In this document: piece after piece, positions 27,900-36,994 of the stretch
Layout: every line of letters begins with the position of its first letter
Numbering within the stretch: the stretch's first letter is position 1
DNA from: Candidatus Uhrbacteria bacterium CG10_big_fil_rev_8_21_14_0_10_48_16
GTDB taxonomy: Bacteria; Patescibacteriota; Patescibacteriia; UBA9934; GWF2-40-263
Direction of reading: 5' to 3'
NCBI GenBank assembly: GCA_002793515.1
Contig: PFEU01000006.1
Coordinates: 10,802 to 74,801 of the forward strand
Length of the DNA: 64,000 nt
Notes under the pieces: generated by a model
What the model was told of the DNA's origin: nothing
Seen by the model: the letters and a program-made list of their open reading frames with translations, nothing else
The model's database searches: none
Translations under genes and position numbers: made by a program

Positions 27900-28424
27900 C
27901 TAGGTGTCCCAGCCGAACGCGCTGTAGACGCTTCCTTGTCGGATATGATTAAAGGCTTGTTGATAATAATCGATAACCGTATCCGGGAGATCATCCATGG
28001 GGACCCACGTGAGTTCTGAACACTTATCTTCTTCGCAGTTTATAGGTTCACCTTCCCATGTTCGGCATAAAAAGAAGAAATCGATGCGTTCGTGATCGCC
28101 ACAATGTCGGTGCATCACATGAGCGAGCTCGAGGTTCTCAACGTCTAGATCCAGTCCCGCCTCTTCTTTCGCTTCTCGTTTCATCGCGTGCGTGAGTTCT
28201 TCTTCTCCATCGACATGACCGGCTGGAAGTCCGTATTCCCCGTCCTTATAACCGGTATTTTGACGTTTAAGTAAGAGAACTCGACCTTGTTCATCGAGAA
28301 GGATGAGGTAGACAGAGACAATGGCTCGAAAGCGGTCTTTCCAATGGATCATATGAGGGTTATTATAGCAACGATATGAAAACTCGACTAAATAAATATC
28401 TCGCAGAACGCGGTGTTTGTTCAC
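27900..28424 (-). CDS. NUDIX hydrolase.
   Basis: Nudix box GHVDGEEELTHAMKREAKEEAGL. An alternative start (MIHWKD..., 28352) would remove the overlap with the divergent rsuA-like gene. Confidence 0.75.
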   Translation of the reverse strand: MNKHRVLRDIYLVEFSYRCYNNPHMIHWKDRFRAIVSVYLILLDEQGRVLLLKRQNTGYKDGEYGLPAGHVDGEEELTHAMKREAKEEAGLDLDVENLELAHVMHRHCGDHERIDFFFLCRTWEGEPINCEEDKCSELTWVPMDDLPDTVIDYYQQAFNHIRQGSVYSAFGWDT

Positions 28425-29077
28425 GAAGACAAGCAGATGCGCTTATTCATGAAGGGAAGGTTAGGGTTAATGGAGCGATCGCCACGCTGGGTCTGCAGGT
28501 TGGAGATGATGATGAGGTGATCGTTTCAGGTAAGCCAATTGGGGCTGGACGACCAAAAAAGGTGTACATGGCGTTCCATAAACCGGTTGGTATTATGACG
28601 TCCGTTGACCCACGCGCGCCAGATACGATTCGCTCTTTTCTCAATCTTGAAAACCATCTCTTTCCTGTTGGACGTCTGGATGTGGCGTCGAGTGGATTGT
28701 TGATTCTCACAAATGACGGAGATCTTTCTGAGCATATTACGCACCCTCGTTACAATCATGAGAAGGAATATATTGTCACAGTTGATCGACCCGTTCGTCG
28801 CGAAGATCTTCGTATCATGGCAGAGGGGATGATGATTCTTGGATCCATGACGAAACCAGCGAAGGTGAAGAAGATTGGCGATCAACGATTTACGATTATT
28901 TTGACTGAGGGACGGAATCGGCAGATTCGACGTATGTGCGAAGAGCTAGGGTACGGCATACAAGCCCTAAAACGCATTCGTGTGATGAATATTGAACTCG
29001 GAGATCTTCCTGTTGGGAGAACTCGACCACTTACGCAACAGGAGCTTCGTGATCTCAAGAAGCGTTTAGGACTGTAG
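28376..29077 (+). CDS. rRNA pseudouridine synthase (RsuA/RluB/RluF family) with an N-terminal S4 domain.
   Basis: S4 (LNKYLAERGVCSRRQADALIHEGKVRVNG). Catalytic motif VGRLDVASSGLLILTNDG. Confidence 0.8.
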   Translation: MKTRLNKYLAERGVCSRRQADALIHEGKVRVNGAIATLGLQVGDDDEVIVSGKPIGAGRPKKVYMAFHKPVGIMTSVDPRAPDTIRSFLNLENHLFPVGRLDVASSGLLILTNDGDLSEHITHPRYNHEKEYIVTVDRPVRREDLRIMAEGMMILGSMTKPAKVKKIGDQRFTIILTEGRNRQIRRMCEELGYGIQALKRIRVMNIELGDLPVGRTRPLTQQELRDLKKRLGL

Positions 29078-29836
29078 ACCTACACGTTTGCGTAGGAGGG
29101 TGATGAGCGTCAGCCCAAGAGCAAGGGTTAACACGAACATAGTGATGGCACTTAGGGCTATAGGAGTGCTGGCTGAGCCTGTGAACCCATAGCGAAATCC
29201 ATCGATGGCATAGACAAGGGGATTGAATCGAGCCACGGTCTGCCAGATTCCTGGAAGGTGACTGATCTCGTAAAAAACTCCTCCGAGATACGTAAGAGGT
29301 GTCAAAACAAATGTTGGAATGATACTGACGTCATCAAATTTTCGAGCGAACATGCCATTGAGAAAACCAATCATCGAGAAGAAAATGGCGGTCATGAGAC
29401 TGAAATAAATAATGGCCCACACATGGGTTATTGAGGCGGGAACAAAGAAGAGTGAAATGAGAAACACGATGATTCCAACAAGGAGACTCCGTACAACCCC
29501 TCCCGTACAAAACCCGGCAAGAAGGGTTGATGGCGAGACAGGAGCAACGAGAATTTCTTCAATACTTCGTTGAAACTTTGCGCCGAAAAATGAACTAGCT
29601 ACGTTGGAAAATGCATTTGTGACGACGGCCATGAGAATCAATCCAGGCACGATAAACGAAGCATAACTTTGTCCACCGATGTCCCCGATACGTGATCCAA
29701 GAAAGGCTCCAAATATAACAAAATAGAGCGATTGAGTAATCACGGGCGGAAGAAGCGTTTGTGTCCAAATACGGAGAATCCGGTTGATCTCCTTCCGGGC
29801 GATGGTGAGATAGGCAATGGTTGGGGAGTATGCCAT
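29066..29836 (-). CDS. ABC-2 type transporter permease.
   Basis: Six TM segments with ABC-2 family organization. Translationally coupled to the upstream ATPase gene (4-nt gap). Confidence 0.7.
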   Translation of the reverse strand: MAYSPTIAYLTIARKEINRILRIWTQTLLPPVITQSLYFVIFGAFLGSRIGDIGGQSYASFIVPGLILMAVVTNAFSNVASSFFGAKFQRSIEEILVAPVSPSTLLAGFCTGGVVRSLLVGIIVFLISLFFVPASITHVWAIIYFSLMTAIFFSMIGFLNGMFARKFDDVSIIPTFVLTPLTYLGGVFYEISHLPGIWQTVARFNPLVYAIDGFRYGFTGSASTPIALSAITMFVLTLALGLTLITLLRKRVGLQS

Positions 29837-29840
29837 AGGA

Positions 29841-30737
29841 TTACATGGCGGCTTCGATAAAGACTTCCTCCAATCGATTGGCCTTAGGGCGAATGTCGTT
29901 GATCATAACATGTTGCTCAGAAAGATCCTGAATCATTTTTGTGACCGATGTTCCTGCAGAGAGAGACGCTTCCCAGGTAGTTGCGTTTTTTTGTTTGAGA
30001 CGATATGGACCGCCCTCTTTGAGGGGTTGGTTTGTTGTAAAGACAAATGACTGAGCGGTGAGCTCTTTAAGAAGTTCTTGGACAGGGGCGTTGCGCACCA
30101 CTTCACCCTGGCGCATCATCACGACGTGTTCACAGAGTTCCTCCGCTTCTTCTAGGTAGTGTGTTGTCAGGAGGATCGTCGTTCCCTGTGCGTGAATTTT
30201 TCGGATGAATTCCCACATTCCGCGTCGAAGCTCAACATCAACTCCCGCAGAAGGCTCATCAAGAAGAAGAATACGAGGTTCATGGACGAGCGCGCGTGCG
30301 ATCATCAGACGTCGTTTCATGCCTCCTGAAAGGGTTCGTGAATAGGCGTGGCGCTTCTCCCAGAGCCCAAGTTCTTTTAGGAGGTTTTCTGTACGTTCCT
30401 TTGCAATAGATCGAGTAACTCCATAATACCCTGCTTGATCTATGAGAATATCTTCGACTTTCTCGAAAATACTAAAGTTAAATTCCTGAGGGACGACGCC
30501 AATGAATGCTCGAGCTCGTTCTGGTTCTGCGTCAAGATCAACTCCAGAAACCGTGATTTGGCCAGATGTTTTTCGAACGAGTCCTGTAAGAATCCCAATC
30601 AGGGTTGTCTTTCCCGCTCCGTTGGCTCCCAACAGCGCGGTCATACTCCCGGCTTCAAGATTAAAAGAAATGCCTTTAAGGGCATGTGTTCCTGTAGCGT
30701 ATTTTTTTTCGATGTTTTTTAGTGTAATGGCGTGCAT
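29841..30737 (-). CDS. ABC transporter ATP-binding protein (ABC-2 exporter ATPase).
   Basis: Walker A GANGAGKTT; signature LSGGMKRRL; Walker B ILLLDEPSAGVD. Start taken at MHAITLKNIEKKY (30737); the longer ORF-track N-terminus is read-through. Confidence 0.8.
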   Translation of the reverse strand: MHAITLKNIEKKYATGTHALKGISFNLEAGSMTALLGANGAGKTTLIGILTGLVRKTSGQITVSGVDLDAEPERARAFIGVVPQEFNFSIFEKVEDILIDQAGYYGVTRSIAKERTENLLKELGLWEKRHAYSRTLSGGMKRRLMIARALVHEPRILLLDEPSAGVDVELRRGMWEFIRKIHAQGTTILLTTHYLEEAEELCEHVVMMRQGEVVRNAPVQELLKELTAQSFVFTTNQPLKEGGPYRLKQKNATTWEASLSAGTSVTKMIQDLSEQHVMINDIRPKANRLEEVFIEAAM

Positions 30738-30786
30738 AGCGTGTTGGATAGAGTGGGTGCATGGAGGCTGTTCAGCGAGATACTCT

Positions 30787-31287
30787 TCATGAGCTTTCCT
30801 GTAGGTACGAATCGAATTGGATGCGGTGACACGTGTACCCATCGGGATTTTTTTGAAGATAGTCCTGATGTGTCTCTTCGGCTGGGAAAAATGTATCGAG
30901 TGGCTCAAGGGTCGTGACAACAGGATTCTCCCATCGATTTGATGCGTTCACGATCTGAATCATTTCTTCTGCAAGTTGTTTTTCTTCCTCTGTTGTATAG
31001 AAAATGGCAGAACGATACGAAGTCCCAATATCATTTCCTTGTTTATTCAGTGTGGTTGGATTGTGGATGCGAAAGAAGAAATCAAGAAGTTGCTTGTAGG
31101 AAAGTTCATCTAAATTGTAGGTAATCCTTACCGCCTCAGCATGTCCTGGATGGTGTTCATACGATGGATCTTGGTTAAACCCACCCGTATATCCTGCTTC
31201 TGTGTCCGTCACGCCTGGAACGTTTCGTATAAGATCCTCAAGTCCCCAGAAACATCCTCCTGCAAGTACTGCTTGTTTGATTGACAT
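30787..31287 (-). CDS. msrA: Peptide methionine (S)-sulfoxide reductase MsrA.
   Basis: Active-site GCFWG motif and overall MsrA length and pattern. Confidence 0.85.
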   Translation of the reverse strand: MSIKQAVLAGGCFWGLEDLIRNVPGVTDTEAGYTGGFNQDPSYEHHPGHAEAVRITYNLDELSYKQLLDFFFRIHNPTTLNKQGNDIGTSYRSAIFYTTEEEKQLAEEMIQIVNASNRWENPVVTTLEPLDTFFPAEETHQDYLQKNPDGYTCHRIQFDSYLQESS

Positions 31288-31290
31288 ACA

Positions 31291-32508
31291 TTATGATGAA
31301 TGTTTAGCGATGAATTGAAACATTTGAGCAAACAGTTTTTTTGAGTCAAAACATTGGGAAACCGTTTTGAGCCCGTTTTGAATGAAACGTTTTCGCGTTT
31401 TTTCATGATCTAGAAGTTGTGTCAACTTTTGGGCGAGCTCACTTGCATCATTGGGTTGTACAAGAAATCCATTTTCCTCATCATGAATAATTTCGGGGAT
31501 TCCTCCAACATTTGTACCGACGACGGGAAGTCCACAGGCCATTGCTTCAATGAAAACTTGTCCAAACGTTTCATTTTCTGATGGAAGGGCAAAAACATCA
31601 GCTCCCGCATAGACTTCTGGCATTTTTTGCATGGGGAATGTTTTGACAATGACACGATCTTCCACTCCATGAATTTGGATGTACCCTTCAAGTTTATGAA
31701 GTGCGGATTCAAATTCTGCGTGAAGTCGCTGTGGAGGTTTACCGACAGCCAGAAGAAGATGAACGTCACTTCTTGTACTTTGGATTTTTGAAAATGCGTC
31801 TAAAAGATTGATGATTCCTTTTTCGGTAAGTATGTCAGAATATCCTTGTAGGATTCTTGATGCGGTGACAATAATCTTGTGTGATGAAGGAATCCCTAGA
31901 TGTTTTTTCAGCCACGTTGCATCTCGTTTCGGGGTAAATTCTTGTATGTTTACTCCAAGATATTTTGTTGAAATATGACTGATTTCAAGGCCCTTTTGAA
32001 AACAATCTCCCGCAACACTTTTACTTACGCAAAGGACTTTTTTCCAGAAGAGTCCATTAATGATTTCTGTTTGTAATGGATTCATCGAAAAAGAGTGGAG
32101 ATGAAGGAATAGGGGAATATTTTTTGAGTGACACACCATGTTTAGCATAAGGCTATAAGATGGAGGAAGACCGAGATGAAAATTTTCTGCAGTCACAGCT
32201 GAGATTTGTTTGTCCGAGATGAATGTGTTGAGAAACTCAAAGAATTCTATAGACTTATCTTTTGTTTGTTTCTTTGATTCTCTTCGTCCATCGAGCCCCT
32301 TTCGTTTCTTATAGGAAAGGTTAATAAAAGACTTGAAGTGAATTGAAACATTCTCGATCTGGACAGTTTCTTCCTTTGTCTTTGAAGGGAGAATAAAATG
32401 ATACGTTCCAGGTTGATCCTGACAAAAATCAATAAGATTTCTGATGTAACGTTCTATTCCACCAACACTTAGAAATGGAGAATTTGGGCTTATGATTAAG
32501 TGATTCAT
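31291..32508 (-). CDS. Glycosyltransferase family 4 (GT-B fold).
   Basis: C-terminal GT4 motif (ALPSENETFGQVFIEAMACGLPVVGTNVGGIPEII...ENGFLV). Start taken at MNHLIIS (32508). Confidence 0.7.
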   Translation of the reverse strand: MNHLIISPNSPFLSVGGIERYIRNLIDFCQDQPGTYHFILPSKTKEETVQIENVSIHFKSFINLSYKKRKGLDGRRESKKQTKDKSIEFFEFLNTFISDKQISAVTAENFHLGLPPSYSLMLNMVCHSKNIPLFLHLHSFSMNPLQTEIINGLFWKKVLCVSKSVAGDCFQKGLEISHISTKYLGVNIQEFTPKRDATWLKKHLGIPSSHKIIVTASRILQGYSDILTEKGIINLLDAFSKIQSTRSDVHLLLAVGKPPQRLHAEFESALHKLEGYIQIHGVEDRVIVKTFPMQKMPEVYAGADVFALPSENETFGQVFIEAMACGLPVVGTNVGGIPEIIHDEENGFLVQPNDASELAQKLTQLLDHEKTRKRFIQNGLKTVSQCFDSKKLFAQMFQFIAKHSS

Positions 32509-32509
32509 G

Positions 32510-32911
32510 TTAGAGAGATTTCTTGAATAGAAAAAAGGCGATGCTTGCTCCAATCCAGTCATTCATGAAGTCCTTCATGGTGTCTGCAAGGGAGAGCTGA
32601 GATTGTGGAAGGTTGTACCACACATTAATCGTTTGATCGAAAATGTATTCGTGAAACTCCCAGGCCACTCCAACAAGCATGGCAAATCCGACGACGAAGG
32701 TGTAGTGGTACCAGACGGGAGAGTGAGAGGTGTGATATCGACTGGATACAGCGTGGTGGATGGCAAGGGCTAACAACGCCATCACAAATCCCCCAAGCAC
32801 ATGCATAGGGACGTCCATGTTTGGAATGGAGTAGCCATTTGTGACAAGGAGGATGCCATGAATAAGAAGGACGAGGCCGATGGCAATAAACGCGCGTTTG
32901 AAAAGTTTCAT
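32510..32911 (-). CDS. Small polytopic membrane protein (possibly VanZ-like).
   Basis: Four hydrophobic segments. C-terminal DTMKDFMNDWIGASIAF resembles a VanZ-family motif. Weak assignment. Confidence 0.35.
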   Translation of the reverse strand: MKLFKRAFIAIGLVLLIHGILLVTNGYSIPNMDVPMHVLGGFVMALLALAIHHAVSSRYHTSHSPVWYHYTFVVGFAMLVGVAWEFHEYIFDQTINVWYNLPQSQLSLADTMKDFMNDWIGASIAFFLFKKSL

Positions 32912-32936
32912 AGTGGATGTATTTTATCACGAATTG

Positions 32937-32964
32937 AAAACACCCGTTTTTACGGGTGTTTTTC
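32937..32964. terminator. Bidirectional rho-independent terminator.
   Basis: acacccgt-tttt-acgggtgt followed by TTTTTC. Confidence 0.5.
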
Positions 32965-32978
32965 TGTGATGCTTGTGA

Positions 32979-33620
32979 TTATTCAACATCAGATTCTACG
33001 TCATCTTCCCATCCAATTTTTGGGAAGTCGATGACAGGATCGGTTTCAGGAGCGTTCATCTCCATTTCTTCATCAGCCTGTTCTGAGTCAAATTCTTCTT
33101 CTGGGTCGACGATGATGTCGCTTAAGAGACTGAGGATTTGATCAAGTTTCTGATTGATCGACATGATCTCAGATTTTAGACTTGGACCGACAGGTGCTGG
33201 ACCTGATGGGCGTTGTCGTGGTCGATCTTCTGATCGATCATTGAATCCACCAAATGAAGGTTTTCGATCAAAACGGCTTGATGATGATCCACCATCGGCC
33301 CCACGAAAACAGTCTCGGCATAGGACAGGTTTGCTTCCATTTGGTTTAAATGGAACGGTACAGTTGTTTCCACACTCGTTACAACGAGCTGGGAAACTTG
33401 GCTTGTCTCCTCCAAAACCACCTCCGTAAGAACTTCCACCACGGTTTCCACCGTACGAACTTCCTCCTCTATTTCCACCGTACGAACTTCCACCACGGTT
33501 TCCACCGTACGAATTTCCGCCACTGCGGTCACCTCCGTAGGAACTTCCTCCTCGGCTTCCACCGTAGGAACTTCCACCACTTCTTCCTCCTGCATTAAAA
33601 TCGCGTTTCGCGTATGCCAT
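32979..33620 (-). CDS. Low-complexity Gly/Arg/Tyr-repeat protein with a C4 zinc ribbon and an acidic C-terminal tail.
   Basis: Five to six tandem GGNRGGSSYGG repeats, then CNECGNNC...LCRDCF (CxxC...CxxC), then RFDRKPSFGGFNDR, then the acidic tail ...DPEEEFDSEQADEEMEMNAPETD...EDDVESDVE. Confidence 0.6.
   Translation of the reverse strand: MAYAKRDFNAGGRSGGSSYGGSRGGSSYGGDRSGGNSYGGNRGGSSYGGNRGGSSYGGNRGGSSYGGGFGGDKPSFPARCNECGNNCTVPFKPNGSKPVLCRDCFRGADGGSSSSRFDRKPSFGGFNDRSEDRPRQRPSGPAPVGPSLKSEIMSINQKLDQILSLLSDIIVDPEEEFDSEQADEEMEMNAPETDPVIDFPKIGWEDDVESDVE
33425..33600. repeat. 33-nt tandem coding repeats (~5 units) encoding the GGNRGGSSYGG units.
   Basis: ttccaccgtacgaacttccaccacggt and close variants recur with period 33 nt. 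Confidence 0.55.
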
Positions 33621-33667
33621 AACTATTTATATTGCATTGATAACGGCTGAAGACTACGCCCGAATGC

Positions 33668-35479
33668 CTATTCTGTCAAGGGAGGAGTCTGGGACTCAGA
33701 TCGACGTACATCAATCTGTTCCTGTGTGTGAAGCCATTCTTTTTCAAGAGTTGTCAGATGTTCATCTAATTCAGCCAATCTTTGAGATTTTGAAGGGGAA
33801 TAATCGGTCGGGTTATCGAAGAAATAAGAGAGAATCTCGCTTTTTTCTCGATCAAACGTCTCGATTCGCTTATTGAGACGCTCTTGAATTCGTTGGAATT
33901 CTTTGATTTGTGCATGGAGTTCCGTACGTTGTTGGGCGGTGGAGTGACCCAAGGATGAGAGCGTTTTATCCTCCTTCATGTCTGTTTCCATAAGGTCAGC
34001 AAGATCGTCCACATAATCTTCATAGGATCCCATATAGCGTCGAACCGTGCCTCCTCGGACCTCAAAGATCTTGTTGACCAAGGTTTCAACGAATGTTCGT
34101 GCGTGAGAAATGATGATCACGGTTCCTTCATATTCCTTAAGGGCAACAGCGAGGGCTTCTGTTGTTTCAACGTCGAGATGGTTGGTTGGTTCATCAAGAA
34201 GAAGAACGTTGTGATTGTGTAAGAGGACGCCAGCCAAACAGAGTCGAGCACGTTCGCCTCCACTGAGAATCGTTGTTGGTTTATCCAGATCATCACCACG
34301 AAAAAGAAAGTTCCCAGCCATCATAAGGATGCGTTCCCCAGACGCATCAGGTGGAGCCATTCTAGTCAGATAGGTTAATACGGTTTCTTTCTCGATGATG
34401 GTCGCTTCTGTTTTTTGATCGTAGTATCCGATGTCGGCTTTGTGCCACCATGCAAAGGTTCCTTCCAGGGCGGGAATTTTTCCCGCGAGCGTTTTGAGCA
34501 ATGTGGATTTCCCGCGACCGTTTTCCCCCGCAATCACAACTTTTTCTCCACGCATGATTTCCAGATTGATGTTTTGGACGACAACAAAATCTCCATAGCC
34601 AATATGAAGGTTCTGTGTTCTTACAGCTGTTCCCGGAATCACGTGAGGGGAAGGAATAGTAATGCGTGTGGTCGCAAGAGCAGAATCAATTTTTGATATT
34701 TTCCCGCGGAGCTTGGCAATATGTTTTATCTTGCTTTGGGCGCGTGAGGCGAGACTCGCTTTGTAGCGAAAGCGGTCAACAAATTCTTGGTGGTGGGCGA
34801 CCTCTCGAGAGAGACGTTTATTTGACCGAAGTTCGAATTCAAGTTGCTCGCGTTTGAACGCAAGATAATCGTCTACGGGACCTTTGTAAGAGGTGAGAGA
34901 ACCGCGTTCAATTTCAAATGTGTGTGTGCAAGTATTTTGGAGAAACGTACGGTCGTGAGCAGCGAGAACGAATGCCCCATTGTATCCTTGGAGGAATCGC
35001 TCGAGAAAGAGGAGTGTTTGGAGGTCGAGGTAGTTTACAGGTTCATCCAACAGAAGAAGGTTTGGTTCCAGGAGAAGCATGGCGACAAGCTTTACACGCA
35101 TTTGGTATCCACCGGATAAATGGGCAGGAGCTTTTTCAAGATCACTTGCATGCAATCCAAACTCGGCAGATTGCTTTCGAACGATCCATTCCGGCTTCTC
35201 ACTTTTTTGTTCCAGGTATTCCTGTGTAGAAATATGATCAGGAAGCACCTCATGTTGTTCCACAACTCCGACGCGTGCATTTGGATAGAATTGTACGTCT
35301 CCACCGTCGGCCTGCTCAGTCCCCATGAGAATTTTAAGGAGCGTTGATTTTCCTGCCCCGTTTCGGCCGATAAGAGCTACCTTTTGTTTTTCTGTTACAA
35401 GAAAAGATAGATCGTCTAAGACCACCTGCAATCCATACGCTTTTTTGAGATTCCGTCCTTCGACGAGGGGATGGGGCAT
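33668..35479 (-). CDS. ABC-F family ATPase (tandem ABC domains, no TM; EttA/Uup-like translation factor type).
   Basis: Two Walker A sites (GRNGAGKST; GENGRGKST) and two signatures (LSGGYQMRV; LSGGERARL). No membrane domain. Coiled-coil C-terminal extension. Confidence 0.85.
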   Translation of the reverse strand: MPHPLVEGRNLKKAYGLQVVLDDLSFLVTEKQKVALIGRNGAGKSTLLKILMGTEQADGGDVQFYPNARVGVVEQHEVLPDHISTQEYLEQKSEKPEWIVRKQSAEFGLHASDLEKAPAHLSGGYQMRVKLVAMLLLEPNLLLLDEPVNYLDLQTLLFLERFLQGYNGAFVLAAHDRTFLQNTCTHTFEIERGSLTSYKGPVDDYLAFKREQLEFELRSNKRLSREVAHHQEFVDRFRYKASLASRAQSKIKHIAKLRGKISKIDSALATTRITIPSPHVIPGTAVRTQNLHIGYGDFVVVQNINLEIMRGEKVVIAGENGRGKSTLLKTLAGKIPALEGTFAWWHKADIGYYDQKTEATIIEKETVLTYLTRMAPPDASGERILMMAGNFLFRGDDLDKPTTILSGGERARLCLAGVLLHNHNVLLLDEPTNHLDVETTEALAVALKEYEGTVIIISHARTFVETLVNKIFEVRGGTVRRYMGSYEDYVDDLADLMETDMKEDKTLSSLGHSTAQQRTELHAQIKEFQRIQERLNKRIETFDREKSEILSYFFDNPTDYSPSKSQRLAELDEHLTTLEKEWLHTQEQIDVRRSESQTPPLTE

Positions 35480-35554
35480 ACTGACGCTAGTCTAACACAT
35501 CTGTTAAAAAGTCTTGTAGGGGCAGGCGCTCGTTATTTGTTATACTATTTGCGT

Positions 35555-36964
35555 ATGCATGAATCGTCTCAGAAGCGAAAACAAGAATTTCCAAAACCAA
35601 TTCCCTTCAAAAGGCTCATTGGTCCAAGTTTTGTGATACTGGCACTGGGGTTAGGCTCAGGAGAAGTGATTCTTTGGCCGTATCTCGCATCTAATTATGG
35701 ACTTGGAATTGCGTGGGGGGCGTTGCTGGGAATTACGTTTCAATACTTCATCAACATGGAGATTGAACGGTATGCTCTTGTGAAAGGGGAGAGTGTGTTT
35801 GTTGGGATTGGGAAACTTTGGAAGTCCGCTCCGTATTGGTTTATTCTTTCGACATTTGTGGGGTTTGGACTCCCTGGGATTATTGCGGCGTCTGCGCATG
35901 TGTTTGCTTCTTTCATTGGAGTTGAGTCCTTTGAGTGGATTGCTATTGCCTTTCTGCTTGGTATTGGGGTTATTCTCAGTTCAGGAAAGACGGTTTATGG
36001 ACTCATGGAGAAACTGACACGATCGATTATTTTGATTGGTGTTCCACTTATTTTTCTCCTGACGATTGTTCTGAGTCAGAAGGCAGATTGGGGAGCCCTT
36101 GCGGGAGGGCTTATCGGTCAAGGAGATGGGTATACGTTCTTTCCGGAAGGAGTGGCCTTGGCGACATTTCTTGCGGCGTTTGCGTACTCGGGTGCAGGGG
36201 GAAATCTGAATTTGACGCAGTCTATTTACGTGAAGGAAAAAGGCTATGGCATGGGGAAGTATGCAACAAAACTCTCCGGACTCTTTCATAAAAAGGGCGT
36301 GCGTGAAGAGATTCAGTTAGAGGGAACGGATTTCGATGATACTCCAGAGGCACGTAAACGATTCTCGGTGTGGTGGAAGCGAATCAGTCTTGAACATGCT
36401 TTAGTGTTTTGGTTCATTGGGGCTATTTCGATTCTTCTTTTGATGCTTCTTGCCTACGTCACAACATTTACTCTCAACGGGAATACAGAGGGGATTAGTT
36501 TTGTGATACGAGAAGGCGTCGCGATTGGGGAGGCTCTTGGTCCAGCGTTCGGTGCAGGATTTCTTCTTGTGGTTGCGGTGATGCTCTTTCAAACACAATT
36601 AGGAGTGATGGATTCGACATCGCGCATTATGGCGGAGAATGCATCCATTTCCTACATGCGTATCAAAAAAGAGACGTCCGTGCCTCTTTCAAAGATCTAT
36701 TATGCCTTTTTGTGGGGACAGATTGCGTTTGGGGTCCTTCTTTTCCTGCTAGGTCTTTCTGAACCAAAGTTTCTCCTTGTTCTTGGGGCCGTGATTAATG
36801 CGATTGCGATGTTTGTGCACATTGGTCTGGTTTCTATTCTCAATGTTCGATCGATCCCAACATTCTATCAGCCATCACTCTTGCGGAGGATGTTGCTGGG
36901 AGGGATATTCCTCTTCTTTGGAGTCTTCAGTGTGATCGTGGTTGCAAACCAGTTTTTTCTATAA
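35555..36964 (+). CDS. Polytopic membrane transporter, divergent NRAMP-like (DPGN motif replaced by GSGE).
   Basis: About 11 TM segments. TM1 region ILALGLGSGEVILWPYLASNYGLGIAWGALLGITFQYFINMEIERYALVKGESV parallels MntH ...DPGN...LL..ELSARLGIVTG. TGTTATACT box 9 nt before ATG 35555. Confidence 0.45.
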   Translation: MHESSQKRKQEFPKPIPFKRLIGPSFVILALGLGSGEVILWPYLASNYGLGIAWGALLGITFQYFINMEIERYALVKGESVFVGIGKLWKSAPYWFILSTFVGFGLPGIIAASAHVFASFIGVESFEWIAIAFLLGIGVILSSGKTVYGLMEKLTRSIILIGVPLIFLLTIVLSQKADWGALAGGLIGQGDGYTFFPEGVALATFLAAFAYSGAGGNLNLTQSIYVKEKGYGMGKYATKLSGLFHKKGVREEIQLEGTDFDDTPEARKRFSVWWKRISLEHALVFWFIGAISILLLMLLAYVTTFTLNGNTEGISFVIREGVAIGEALGPAFGAGFLLVVAVMLFQTQLGVMDSTSRIMAENASISYMRIKKETSVPLSKIYYAFLWGQIAFGVLLFLLGLSEPKFLLVLGAVINAIAMFVHIGLVSILNVRSIPTFYQPSLLRRMLLGGIFLFFGVFSVIVVANQFFL

Positions 36965-36969
36965 ATAAA

Positions 36970-36994
36970 CAGTCCTGAGATTTTCTCAGGACTG
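36970..36994. terminator. Terminator hairpin shared by convergent genes.
   Basis: cagtcctgag-atttt-ctcaggactg. T-rich on the minus-strand side. It contains the trhO stop codon. Confidence 0.45.

Noticed and set aside
33176-33598. ORFs 33176-33595 (-) and 33350-33598 (+) in the Gly-repeat region.
   Set aside because: They are alternative frames of the 33-nt tandem repeats (VEVRTVE..., HRTNFHHGF...). The frame with the zinc ribbon and a proper start and stop (32979-33620) is the coherent one.
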